This document shows, piece after piece, positions 24,424 to 35,702 of a stretch of DNA of 64,000 bases. Source of the stretch: Octopus sinensis (lineage: Eukaryota); assembly GCF_006345805.1 (NCBI RefSeq), contig NC_043009.1, positions 18,290,001 through 18,354,000 of the forward strand. Reading direction: 5' to 3'. Below the pieces are notes generated by a model, which made no database searches, was not told the origin of the DNA, and worked only from the letters and a program-made list of their open reading frames with translations. A program made the translations under genes and the position numbers. The stretch's first letter is position 1; every line of letters starts with the position of its first letter.

Positions 24424-25220
24424 TGTATGTATGTATGTATGTATGTATGTATGTATGTATGTATGCATGTTTGTATGTTTGAAAGTATGTATGTATGTTT
24501 GTATGTATGTATGTGTATTGTATGTATGTATGTATGTAGTATGTAGTATGTATGTATGTATGTAGTATGTATGTATGTATGTATGTATGTATGTATGTAT
24601 GCATGCATGGCATGCATGCATGTATGTATGTATGTATGTATGTTGTATGCATGCATGCATGTTGCATGTATGTATGTATTGTATGTATGTATGTATGTAG
24701 TATGTAGTATGTATGTATGTATGTAGTATGTATGTATGTATGTATGTATGTATGTATGTATGCATGCATGGCATGCATGCATGTATGTATGTATGTATGT
24801 ATGTTGTATGCATGCATGCATGTTGCATGTATGTATGTATTGTATGTTGTATGTATGTATGTATGCATGTTGTATGTATGTATGTATGTATGTATGTATG
24901 TATGATGATGGTATGTATGCATGCATGCATGGTATGTATGTATGTAGTATGTATGGCAGCATGTTGCTTGCATGTAGTGTATGTATGTATGCATGTTTGT
25001 ATGTATGTATGTATGTTTGAAAGTATGTATGTATTTATGTATGTATGTATGTATGTATGTATGTATGTATGTATGCATGCATGTAAATGTGTGTATGCAG
25101 GTATGGGTGTTTGTGTGTGTGCGTATGTATATATGTATGTATGTGTGTACGTTTGTATGTGTGTATTCTGCATATTCATATGTGTTCATGTTTGTGTGTT
25201 TTTATGTGTGTGTGTGTTTG

Positions 25221-25259
<39 letters not shown>

Positions 25260-25260
25260 A
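24424..25260. repeat. about 0.8 kb degenerate (TATG)n/(CATG)n then (TG)n microsatellite
   Basis: Directly visible, with an internal higher-order duplication. Confidence 0.97.
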
Positions 25261-25649
25261 TCTATCTCCTTGTGTGTACATGTCTGAGTGTGTCTGTGTA
25301 TGGGTTTTGTGACTATGTACTGTATCTGTATGTCTCTATTTGTGTCCTTGTGCAAGTGAATTGTGAGTGGTGTATGGTCACGTGTCTCTGTCTTCATTTG
25401 CGCATGTGTGTGTATGTGTACTTGTTTGTTCATATTACCTATGCACCTATCCATCTGTATATCTATTTACATTAATATCTATTTACCTACATACATATGC
25501 ATATACATACATATACGTATACCTATACATATATAGACACACACACACACATACATCTACATAACAGCCTACTTACTATTCTACTTATATATATATATAA
25601 ACTATGGATATGGGGGTATGATTACCTTCTACGTATATTTCCTTTTTAG

Positions 25650-25905
25650 TACTGGGGATGTTTCATTTATGAGGACGTACTTCTGTATTTGTCTGAGTGT
25701 TGGGTCCTTTGGATACTTGGATAAAAGGCGGATGTCAAAATGACCCAGGTTGCCCCAATGTTGGTCCTTGGTATGTTGGTAGAGTATGGAGGACTGTTTT
25801 TGTCGTCACATTGTCTCAAATGTCCATTTAGTCTTTCCGCAATGTTCCTAGATGACTCTCCCAAGTATGTTATGTTCTTGTCTTTACAAGCACTTTCTAT
25901 GCTTC
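25650..25905 (-). pseudogene. PLE GIY-YIG endonuclease fragment
   Basis: ACKDKNITYLGESSRNIAERLNGHLRQ..NSP..H ...DPTLRQITEV across a frameshift. Confidence 0.8.
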
Positions 25906-27066
25906 TATGCGTGCGCTCCTTTATTTTCTACAATGCTCTTCAATCTATCTGGTCCGTGACGAAAAATACTCTTCCAGTACTGTTCTGACCGCGTCTAGAG
26001 AATTCGTATTTTTACCGTCCAAATGATTTTGAAGACTACGAAATAAATGATAATCAGATGGGGAAATGTCCGGCGAATATGATGAGTGGGGCATCGTTTC
26101 CCATTCAAACTGCTCCAGCCTTGCGAATGTCATCCTCGCTGTATGTGGCCGAGCATTATCCTGATGGAAGAATACCTTTCCTCTTGAAACCAAAGAGGGT
26201 CGTTTTTCTTCTAGCGCTGACATAAGCCGCTCAAGCTGCACGCAGCAGATCTCCTTTGTTATCGTTTGCTTTGTGCTTAAAAGTTCACAGTGGATTAAAC
26301 CTTTCATATCCCTCTGAACAGATAACAATACCTTACGTGGAGTAAGACCTTCTTTAGCCTGGGGTACCGGTGTTTCTCCTTTCCTTACCCACTGTCGTCG
26401 GCGCTTGACATTTTTATAGAGAACTCATTCCTCATTACCAGTCACTATTCGATAAAAAAAAAGCTCATTTGTGGGACGTGACAGCAAAGAAGAGCACACA
26501 TTAACTCTCTGCGCACGATTAGACTCGGAGAGTTTGTAAGGAACCCATCGACCGAATTTGCTGACTTTTCTGATGGCACGCAAGTGTCGATGAATTGTTG
26601 AATGATGAAATCCAAGCTTCTCCCCTAGTTCCTCGACAGTTACGATGAGATTTTCTTTTAGGAGGGTTTGCAGGACACCCTTATCGAGCCCTACAGATCT
26701 TCCAGGATGAGGCTTGCCTTCTGGGCTGTAGTTTCCGGCTCCGAATTTCTGGAACCACCGTTAACACTGGCTTAGGCTTATTGCCTGATCCCCATATAAT
26801 GAATTAATAATCCTCGCACTTTCCGTTGTGTTGTTGCCTTTATTGAACTCACAAAGCCGAATATACTCCGTTATCATTTCCATTATAACTTTGAAAAAGT
26901 AACTGTTAAAATCGAACTGCACTCTTCAAAACTTGCACTATGAATAAGGACAATGTAAAATTACTACCTTCTTTTATAGTAAGTTGATGTAGGTAGTTTA
27001 CCCCGTCCCCCTCCGACTTTTAGTTCACGCAATTGAAAAGACTGCAATATATATGGGATGACCCAA
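25905..27066 (-). mobile_element. mariner transposon, nearly full length, decayed DD34D transposase, 3' TIR missing
   Basis: 5' TIR TTGGGTCATCCCATA at 27066, ATG at 26883, WVPYKL, HQDNARPHTA, YSPDISPSDY, C-terminal PDRLKSIVENKG after a deletion. Confidence 0.92.
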
Positions 27067-27086
27067 CACACACACACACGCACACA

Positions 27087-27140
<54 letters not shown>

Positions 27141-27306
27141 TTTCAAACATTTCCTACTCTCCGTTTGTATTATTTGACCCATGCACGTAAACCCACACGT
27201 ACATATACATATACGCACCTGTACACTACTTTCGAACTGCATTACTTATACATAAGTACATGCGGTGTTACGAACACACACACACACACACAGACACGCA
27301 CTCACA

Positions 27307-27342
<36 letters not shown>

Positions 27343-28266
27343 TATATAATTAAATATTCTTAAAAGTTCATATTTGTATTTACTGATGCAAATACATGCG
27401 CATTTATAAGCACCCGTTGTGTATATATACACATGCATGTGTGTGCGCACGCATTCAGACACACGCACATATCATAAACTATGAACATACACACCCACAC
27501 ATAGTCACACTTATTCGAAAGCAAACACACTGACATACGCAAAATATTTGCGAGTGTTAACTTACATCTGCTCTTATCAAATTACCGAACACTATGTCAT
27601 GTGAAGATCCTCGCCTGTCCCGTTTCCCTTCGTCTTCTCTTACCACTTTCCCCAAACCCTTACAATCGTCCTTCTAATGTCTTATGTGTTATTTAATCCC
27701 TCTAGGAATTTCTTCAGATGTCTACACACGCACACATGCTCACCACACACACACCCTCTCACGCATACATACATACATACATACATACATACATACATAC
27801 ATACATACATACATACATACATACGTACATATACAAGGATGTATGCACACAAATCCACTTACATCATTATAAGTGTAGTGTGTGTATGCAACAAATATAT
27901 TTTTTATGGCAATTACGATGGAAATGATATGTATTACAAGAAGATTACTGATGACGACAATATCATTTCATAGTTAACACAGTGAGTGTGTATGGTGTGG
28001 TGTGTGTGCATGTGTGCGTGTGTGTATTAAATCAAGAATATTATGTAGAATATGAATGTGTATTATAATATATAGGAGTAAATGTAAGAACAAGCAAGCT
28101 CGGCAATTCGATAAACAAATATTAAATATATATTTTAATATGTTTACATATGTATATTTTTTGTGTTGCCTAACTTGCTTGTCTTTATATTTACTCCTCT
28201 ACTTGCTCAAGTTTAAATCTCTTGAGCACTACGAAGTGTATCCTATACTGAGAGTACCTGTCTCTA

Positions 28267-28373
<107 letters not shown>

Positions 28374-28402
28374 CATCTATCTCTCTCTATATATATATAT
28401 TG

Positions 28403-28531
28403 ATCATCATCATCATCATTGTTCGACCGTGGTCGAGACAATGGAATTTACCATGCTACGCCAGACTTCACGGTCCATCATGGCATTACGGAGGTCCTGT
28501 TGCTGGATGCCTGTATCCCTGGAGATTACAT
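28403..28531 (-). mobile_element. RTE-type LINE extreme 3' end
   Basis: VISRDTGIQQQDLRNAMMDREVWRSMVNSIVSTTVEQ* followed by a (TGA)n tail. Confidence 0.75.
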
Positions 28532-28633
28532 CAAGAAATGGCAAGACAACAAAAGAATGAAAAAGACCTCGATATTATGTAAATAGAGGAATTTATCTGT
28601 AAATATAATATGTGACAATTATTCGGTAGCCAT

Positions 28634-28694
28634 GATAAAACTCCGAGTTTCAGATGTCGGGGCGGAAACCCACGCCAGCATCTCTTCAGTTATC
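28634..28694 (-). ncRNA. hammerhead-like motif, canonical core, one extra U before G12
   Basis: GATAA-CTGAAGA-GATG..CATC-T-GAA-ACTC(G)GAGT-T-TTATC. Confidence 0.7.
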
Positions 28695-29278
28695 AAGTCA
28701 TCGAAAAAATGCTCTGAAAATGACCGTTAAATCAAAGGGAACTTTTTTTGTGCGCGTGTGTTTGTGTGCGTATATAGACGTATGCGGATATGTGCGTATA
28801 TTAGTCGTGTGTGTGCGTGCATGCGAGTATTTGCGTATATAGACGTGTCTTGCTCCTATTGCTCATCTTTTAAATTTTTTCTTTCACAGATTTTTCTGTA
28901 TTTTGCCTTTAGCCCTGTTTTTCTTGTGCATGTGCGTATATGGACATATGTATGAACCTATTCTATGCGCGCGTGTGTGCGAGCGTGTATGTGGGTAGGT
29001 ATATATTTTTTGGCGAATGTGTGGGTGAGCATGTGTGTGTTTCAAGTGAAGGTGGATAAGTATATACATATAGGCGCATGTACGTGGGTGTGCAGGCGCG
29101 CATGTGTATGTATGGACATGCGCGATTACGCGATTACTATGAACATTTTTACTCCCTTATCTTTACTTCCTCTCCTTAGCGGTCATTGTAATAGCTCTTT
29201 TGTCTTAATAACGGTCAATCACACAGTAATTTCCCTTTGTTTTAACGGTCATTTTCCTAGCATATTTTCGATGGCCTG

Positions 29279-29337
29279 ATGACTGAAGAGACGCTGGCGT
29301 GGGTTTCCGCCCCGACAACCGAAACTCGGAGTTTTAT
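29279..29337 (+). ncRNA. hammerhead-like motif, helix II decayed
   Basis: ATGA-CTGAAGA-GACG..CAACC-GAA-ACTC(G)GAGT-T-TTAT. Confidence 0.6.
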
Positions 29338-29374
29338 TATGGCTACCGAATAATTGTCACATCTCATATTTACG

Positions 29375-29428
<54 letters not shown>

Positions 29429-29429
<1 letters not shown>

Positions 29430-30239
29430 TAGCTGACGTACTCGGTAATCCTGGGAAAGCGGGGTTTATCCCTTGGTTCCGTTCTCATATTAGTTTGGCT
29501 AATCATCCAATAACAACAATACAAAGTATATAGCCTTAAAACGGTTTTTGTGCATTTACAGAGAATACCGAACTGTCTTACACAGGATCTTGTTTTTAGG
29601 AATTCCCAATAAGTTATGAATATCCAAATTGGGAAGTCAGTTATGTAACATCAAGAAATTGTTATCCGATAGTAAGAATTCAAATAAAGTAGCCTCGAAA
29701 AGGGCTTTAATGCGTTCCCAGAGTATATAGAATTTCGGAGGAAATACTAATAAGGTATGTATACTAAAATCGTGAAGCATGTGTTGCTTAATAACAGGTC
29801 AATCAGATATGAGATAATTACAATTCAAAGTAAATAACTGAAAAGTTATTGAGAATATTACCCTCAACGGCGCTAGTGTTGGTATATTCGTGATTAAATC
29901 TCTAACCGAAATAAGTAGATTTATTGTTTAGGAAAATATTATTTACTTGTTTAAGGGTTGTAGTGGATAAATTACGAAAATAATTCTAACAATTCAAATA
30001 CTAAGAAATAAACATATTCAATTTGATTTATACCAAATAATTTAGGAAAATGATTGGAATATTTCCCTTGATTATATATAAGGATCCCTTCCAGGGCCCC
30101 GTTATCGATTTTCAAATATCTGATTATGCCATGAGTTTTCCATTTGTGAAGCTTCATCAAAATCGATAAAACGATGTAGGAGGAGTTAGCCAACAACTCC
30201 ACAAACACACCCACACACAGAATTTCCCACATATGTAGT
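29429..30239 (-). mobile_element. non-autonomous Helitron-like element (second family)
   Basis: Minus-strand 3' end cccaggattaccgagtacgtcagCTAG; 5' region with GT microsatellite and ttttatcgattttgatgaagcttc, like other Lep1-type 5' ends in the window. Confidence 0.55.
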
Positions 30240-30241
30240 AA

Positions 30242-30290
<49 letters not shown>

Positions 30291-30455
30291 GTATAATATA
30301 TATATATATATACACGCACATCACTCACACACCACGTTATTAAATATGTAGATATTACAGAGTGCTAGTGGTATTACAGGTCATATTTGGTAATTTGATA
30401 AAACAACTCTAATCTAGCAAAGACTTAATGAATTTTTATTTTAAAAATTGTGCTC

Positions 30456-30617
30456 AGGCACATCTGTGACTGCTTGGGAAGAAGTTTGCTTCCCAAGCAT
30501 CCACCCAAAGCTATGTAAGTGGAGTTGGTAGAACTGAAAGAAGTCTGTCGTCTACGTATACATACATTCATACATACATACATACATACATACATACAAC
30601 ATACATACATACATACA

Positions 30618-30651
<34 letters not shown>

Positions 30652-30825
30652 GATATATATATATCGTTCAAATTTACAGAAAATAAAAGACGGAGACAGG
30701 TGTAGGAACAACATGCAAGTCTATTAGTTTGACACTCGCGAAAAATGCCTTTGATGTTTCGAGACTACTCCCTCTCTCTTTCTCACTTTCTCTCAGTATA
30801 TATATATAAAGAGTGAGTGAGTGAG

Positions 30826-30862
<37 letters not shown>

Positions 30863-31060
30863 AGCAGACAGACAGAAATGTGTGTGTGTGCGTATCCTTG
30901 TGTCTGTGTTTATTCCCCACCACCGCTTGACAACTGGTTTTGCTGTGTTTACGTTCCTGCAGTTTAGCGGTTCGGTAGAAGACACCGATAGAATAAGTAC
31001 CAGGCTTAAAAAGAATAAGTACTGGGGTTGATTAATCCGACTATAAATTCTTCAAGGTGC
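30456..31060 (+). mobile_element. SINE family A, decayed, interrupted by microsatellites and a PLE tail fragment (30665-30780)
   Basis: Degenerate head at 30456-30550, 3' half at 30895-31060; 30670-30760 matches 22705-22810. Confidence 0.7.
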
Positions 31061-31760
31061 ACTAAATGGTCCTTATTTGTTTCCAGCATCACTTGAACAA
31101 TGGCAGCTTTCAGTTCAGTGAAGGTGTTGTAAGGATATCAGTTTGTCTACCTTTTAACAATGCTCCATCCGTTGTAATTCATGGGGTTTTAATCTGGTGA
31201 GTTTGGAGGTCAAAAGTTTGGTATCACGTGTTGGTAATGGTTATCTGGCATCTGTTTTGGGGTTATATGAGCCTTGTGAGAAACTGGTGTGTCCTCTTGA
31301 AACGCGTAATACCTTCCACTGCATATTTCACCCATCCAGGGTTTAATAAAAGTCTCCAGCACCTCAAGGTATTCAGCAACTTCAATTCTATGACCTTGTA
31401 GAAAGATGTGAGGTAGTATGACATGACATCCTAAAATCATCATAGTTGCTGAAAACTTATTGTACATCACTCTGAGTATATCAAAAGGATATGCACTTAA
31501 ACTTTTCCTGTTTGTCTGTCTCAGAACAAGTCATGTTCATGAAATCTTTTAACTTTGTTAAACCGACCGCTTAGCATGAATAAGACGGGTTTTTCGCGTC
31601 TTTGCTGCATACGACTCGTATCCAATATTTTCATGCACTAATTCTGATAGTCCACTCCGACACCCCAATTTCTTTGGTGATCGGCCTCGTTGGTTTTTCA
31701 GAATCATCATCGATAATCTTTTGACTTCACTAAATGAATTGCGGTGTTCTTATAGAGTCC
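31055..31760 (-). pseudogene. Tc1/mariner transposase fragment (maT/DD37D-like)
   Basis: KEIGVSEWTIR, KFSATMMILG..HVILPHIF..YLEVLE..IKPW..YAFQED..SHKA, WPPNSPD.NPMNY. Confidence 0.85.
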
Positions 31761-31807
31761 AAACCAAAGTTAAAATATTTCCTACAGAAGCTTGTTTCCA
31801 TCCGAAC

Positions 31808-32617
31808 TACAAGGTCTGATCAATAAGTATCCGGATTGTTGCTATAGTAACGAAGCTAAAATACACAGATTGAAACCGCTGGGCAAAAGTTGACCTTGAA
31901 CTCTGCTGGGCATGCGTACTACGTTTTAATGTTTTAGCTCACTTCCGCTGTTTACAGCAGTGCTTGGAAGGAAGGTGTGTAGCGTGCAATCGTGACAGGG
32001 AGAGCTGTCATGACGATACATGTTCAGAGTGTATGAGTGGTTGAGACGTTTCCAGCATGGCCGAAAAATGTCGATATTGACGAACGTTCTGGGAGACCCG
32101 CAACCAGCAGAACTGAGAAAAACATCGCAGATGGACGTGCAGCTGTGAGGGGAAATCGTCGAATCACTATCCGTGAGTAATCAGAGGATGTGCATATTAG
32201 TTACGGTTCAGTTCATTATCACTGAAGATTTGGGTATGAAATGCGTGACCGCCAAGTTTATGCTAAAACTGCTTTCAGCTGATCAAAAAGACACTCGGGT
32301 TTCAGTTGCACAAGACCTTGATTGCGTCGAGAACGATGAAAACTTTTTGAAAACTTTGTGTAGGTCTCTGAGGAGGTATCGCCAAGCTCTCGGCAAAATT
32401 TGATGCAGATTCTCTGCTCCCCTTTCTCTGACATAGTCAATGCGGCGATCACACACTACACAGCCTCCTCCCAAGCACTGCTATAACTAGCAAAAGTGAG
32501 TTAAAATGCTAAGACTTAGTGCGCATGCAAGGTCAATCTGTGCCAAGCGGCTTCATTCTGCATACTTTAGCATCATTACTATGGCAACAGTCCGGATACT
32601 TATTGATCAGAACACGT
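31808..32617. mobile_element. mariner (irritans-like) derivative made of two 5' ends in inverted orientation
   Basis: TA-CAAGGTCTGATCAATAAGTATCCGGA at 31808, inverse at 32591-32611; about 190 bp arms. Plus strand DERSGRP..RRITIRE..AKFMLKLL; minus strand MSEKGEQRICIKFC. Confidence 0.85.
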
Positions 32618-32813
32618 GTGTAAAGACCTTGCTAGATTTAGAAAGTTGATGATTACTAAATCCCTGGCGATAATGACTGCAAGTCTTTTAACTTCTTGTG
32701 TTAGCATTTCATCTGCCATGGGGAAATAAAACCTTTTAATTGATTTGAAAAGAGAAAAATATACTGACGGTTAAGTGTCCTCTTACATCTCCTCTGTGTG
32801 TGTGCGTGCGTGC

Positions 32814-32874
<61 letters not shown>

Positions 32875-32896
32875 TGTATTCGTGCGTGCGTAAGTG

Positions 32897-33376
32897 CAGG
32901 GTGTTCAGGCTAATTTTGATGATTTTTTACGTCATTTTTTTTTATCAGGAACAGCTTAATGTATTGGAAGGGAATATATGTGTGACAGCAAGATTTGACT
33001 CCTTGTCATATGTTTGAAAAGAATTAGAAATGGTAGTCGGGAAATCTCTACGACTTCACCAAACCTAATTTCCCCGATTGTAATCCCATGGATTACCGTA
33101 TGCGGCGAGTACAGTCGAGGAAGACACCAACCGCACTGCCTGCGACACCAACGGTGAGCTGGTGGCCAAGATCAAGGAGGTCTTTGGTGATCTCCCCAGA
33201 GACACAGTGAGGAATGCATGCGTCAGGTTCCGGGGCGACCTTAGGGCCGTGATGGGAACTGAAAGTGGCAACTTCGAATAAAGTTTTATCTCCCAGCCAT
33301 AATATAGTTGATATTTTTTGATTTAAAATATTTTAAATTACTTTTATTTTGCGTTTTTGTTAAATTCAACCCGTAT
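32897..33376 (+). mobile_element. internally deleted maT-like element
   Basis: CAGGGTG 5' end; C-terminus SPDCNPMDY..VEEDTNRT..LVAKIKEVFGDLPRDTVRNACVRFR..GNFE*; decayed right end aaattcaacccgTA. Confidence 0.75.
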
Positions 33377-33517
33377 GTGTTGCGCGCGCGCGTGCGTGTG
33401 GTGTGCGTATGTGTGCGTACCAGAGTAAGCATTTAAATGCGAAACAAGGGGGTAAATAGTACTCGAATACCAGAGGTAGAGTAATATGCTTTATTAAGAC
33501 GCAGCAAAGATATCACA

Positions 33518-33563
33518 AAAACTGTTACTCAGAGTTTCACGTTCTCGTTCGTCGGACAGTTTT
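33518..33563 (-). ncRNA. compact type I hammerhead motif, U4C variant, in a PLE tail (33420-33570)
   Basis: AAAACTGT-CCGACGA-ACG(AGAA)CGT-GAA-ACTC(T)GAGT-A-ACAGTTTT; all three helices perfectly paired. Confidence 0.8.
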
Positions 33564-34001
33564 GTTTAGAATGGAACAAAAATAAGCAAACATATACAAT
33601 TAGTTTAATGGATGCACATTTGAAAATGGTTTTCTTTCATTGGTCCTTTCAAATAATGGTCTTTAAAATGACCAGTTGCATGTAATGAATAAAATTCGGT
33701 ATAAAATCATCTTACTATAAAATCGTAGAAAACCTCAAATCAAAAATAGCTTATAAAGGACAGAGCCTAAATTAATTAATACATTAAAAGTTATATCCGT
33801 TTAAAATAGTTTTCACGTTGGATTACATATACATTCAGCAGTATATGCACGTACGAAACCATCTATAATATACATATATACACTAAAACATATAGGCGCA
33901 TGTACATAGTTATATACATACATATACAAACATATACAGGCAAGACATAAATATATATACGAATGCACATATATATATATATGTATATGTATGTATGCAT
34001 A

Positions 34002-34498
34002 TCTATCTATGTATATAAAACTGAGAATGTGTGTCTGTCTGTCTGTCCGTGTGAATCCCTAAAACTTGAGAACTACACAACCGGTTTCATTCACATTTTA
34101 CACATGCCTTAATTAGGGTCCATGGAGTGCCATGGGCAAAAAAAAAAATAACTTCTTGACTAGGGCGAGCCCACAGCAATATCATATCTTCTTCACTATT
34201 TCTGTATTACGTGTTAAAAGTGAAACAAAAACATCTCTCTATTGTAATGTCAGACTTTAATACTTTCACTTTAATACTGAAACTATTAAAGTGAAACTAT
34301 TATATAAGAGGGATGACCTGTAAATGGACATCCATTATACTAGAAGAAGATCCGCTATGGTCTTACCAACAACAAAGGAATGGTAAGGCCATAGTGGATC
34401 TTTTCTGGCATAATGACCATAGAGAGTGCGAGCCCTCTAACTGAAAGACTGGACTTGTATAAAGGACACGCACAGACATTTTGCCTTTTATATATATA

Positions 34499-34501
<3 letters not shown>
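34002..34501. mobile_element. two Helitron-like 5' ends facing each other
   Basis: atctat..tataaaactgagaatgtgtgtctgtctgtc on plus and atctatatatataaaaggcaaaatgtctgtg on minus; no CTAG hairpin end seen. Confidence 0.55.
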
Positions 34502-34569
<68 letters not shown>

Positions 34570-34680
34570 GGTATGTGTATATATATGTATGTTTATTATA
34601 TATATGGTATATGTATATATATATATATGTATATATTATATAATGTATATATATATAGATATATATATATATAGTATATG

Positions 34681-34733
<53 letters not shown>

Positions 34734-34744
34734 ATATATATATA

Positions 34745-34796
<52 letters not shown>

Positions 34797-34847
34797 ATAT
34801 ATGAATAAATAAATGGAGTTTAATGCAGGTATACATCAAATGTTTTT

Positions 34848-34933
34848 ACTTTCGACACATGTTTCGAAAATTCCACTGATATTATTCAAAAGAATAAATG
34901 GTATAAACAATGCAATCTTCTCTTCAGGAAAGT
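34848..34933 (-). ncRNA. type I hammerhead ribozyme with fully canonical core
   Basis: ACTTTC-CTGAAGA-GAAGATT..AATTTTC-GAA-ACATGTGT-C-GAAAGT: 6-bp helix I, 7-bp helix II, GUC cleavage triplet. Confidence 0.85.
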
Positions 34934-35564
34934 TAAAAAAGGCAAGAAATTCTGTCTTTTCTGTAATTCTGAGCTATTTTTCATTATTTTTTCTAAAAAT
35001 CTCCTAGTAAACACGGTTATAGAGCGAGCATACAGATGTAAACATTGGCAAAAACACACCTTTAGTGCATATAAGTATTCTCTATCATTATATATAATTT
35101 AAACCTTAATTTCCTTTATATTTAACATTCACTATTAATATCCCTATTCTTTCTGTAAGCTACTTATGACGTTATATCGTATAACATTTCTTTAAACAAT
35201 ATTAATAACGTTCAGTTAATCGCTATACAAATCCATCATTTTTTTGCTAAAATGTCTTATTGACGAGTTTCGTTTTTTATATATATATATAGGGATTTCG
35301 TAGACAGAAACTTAAAGAAATCTATCGTATATATATGTATGTATGTATATATGTAAGTGTATGTGTGTGACTTTGTTTCTGTGTTTCGCCTTCATCACTG
35401 CTTCACAACTGCTGTTCATTTATTTACATCCCCATAACTTACTGGTTTCACAAGAAGAAACTAATAGAATAAGTACCAGGCTTATCAACATAAAAAAGCA
35501 CTAGGCTGTGTCTCATACTTTTCTTTGCCAACTCAGTTGTATCTATCAATTTATCTTTGTGTAT

Positions 35565-35604
<40 letters not shown>

Positions 35605-35702
35605 CACATTCACACACTCAAACACACACACACACACACGCACACACACACATACACATACACACATATATATATACATGCATGTATATGTGCACATTCA
35701 TA

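Larger units (their letters stand above)
28599..29373. mobile_element. inverted pair of PLE pseudo-LTR segments (143-bp arms)
   Basis: 28599-28741 and 29231-29373 are reverse complements, each carrying an HHR. Confidence 0.85.
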
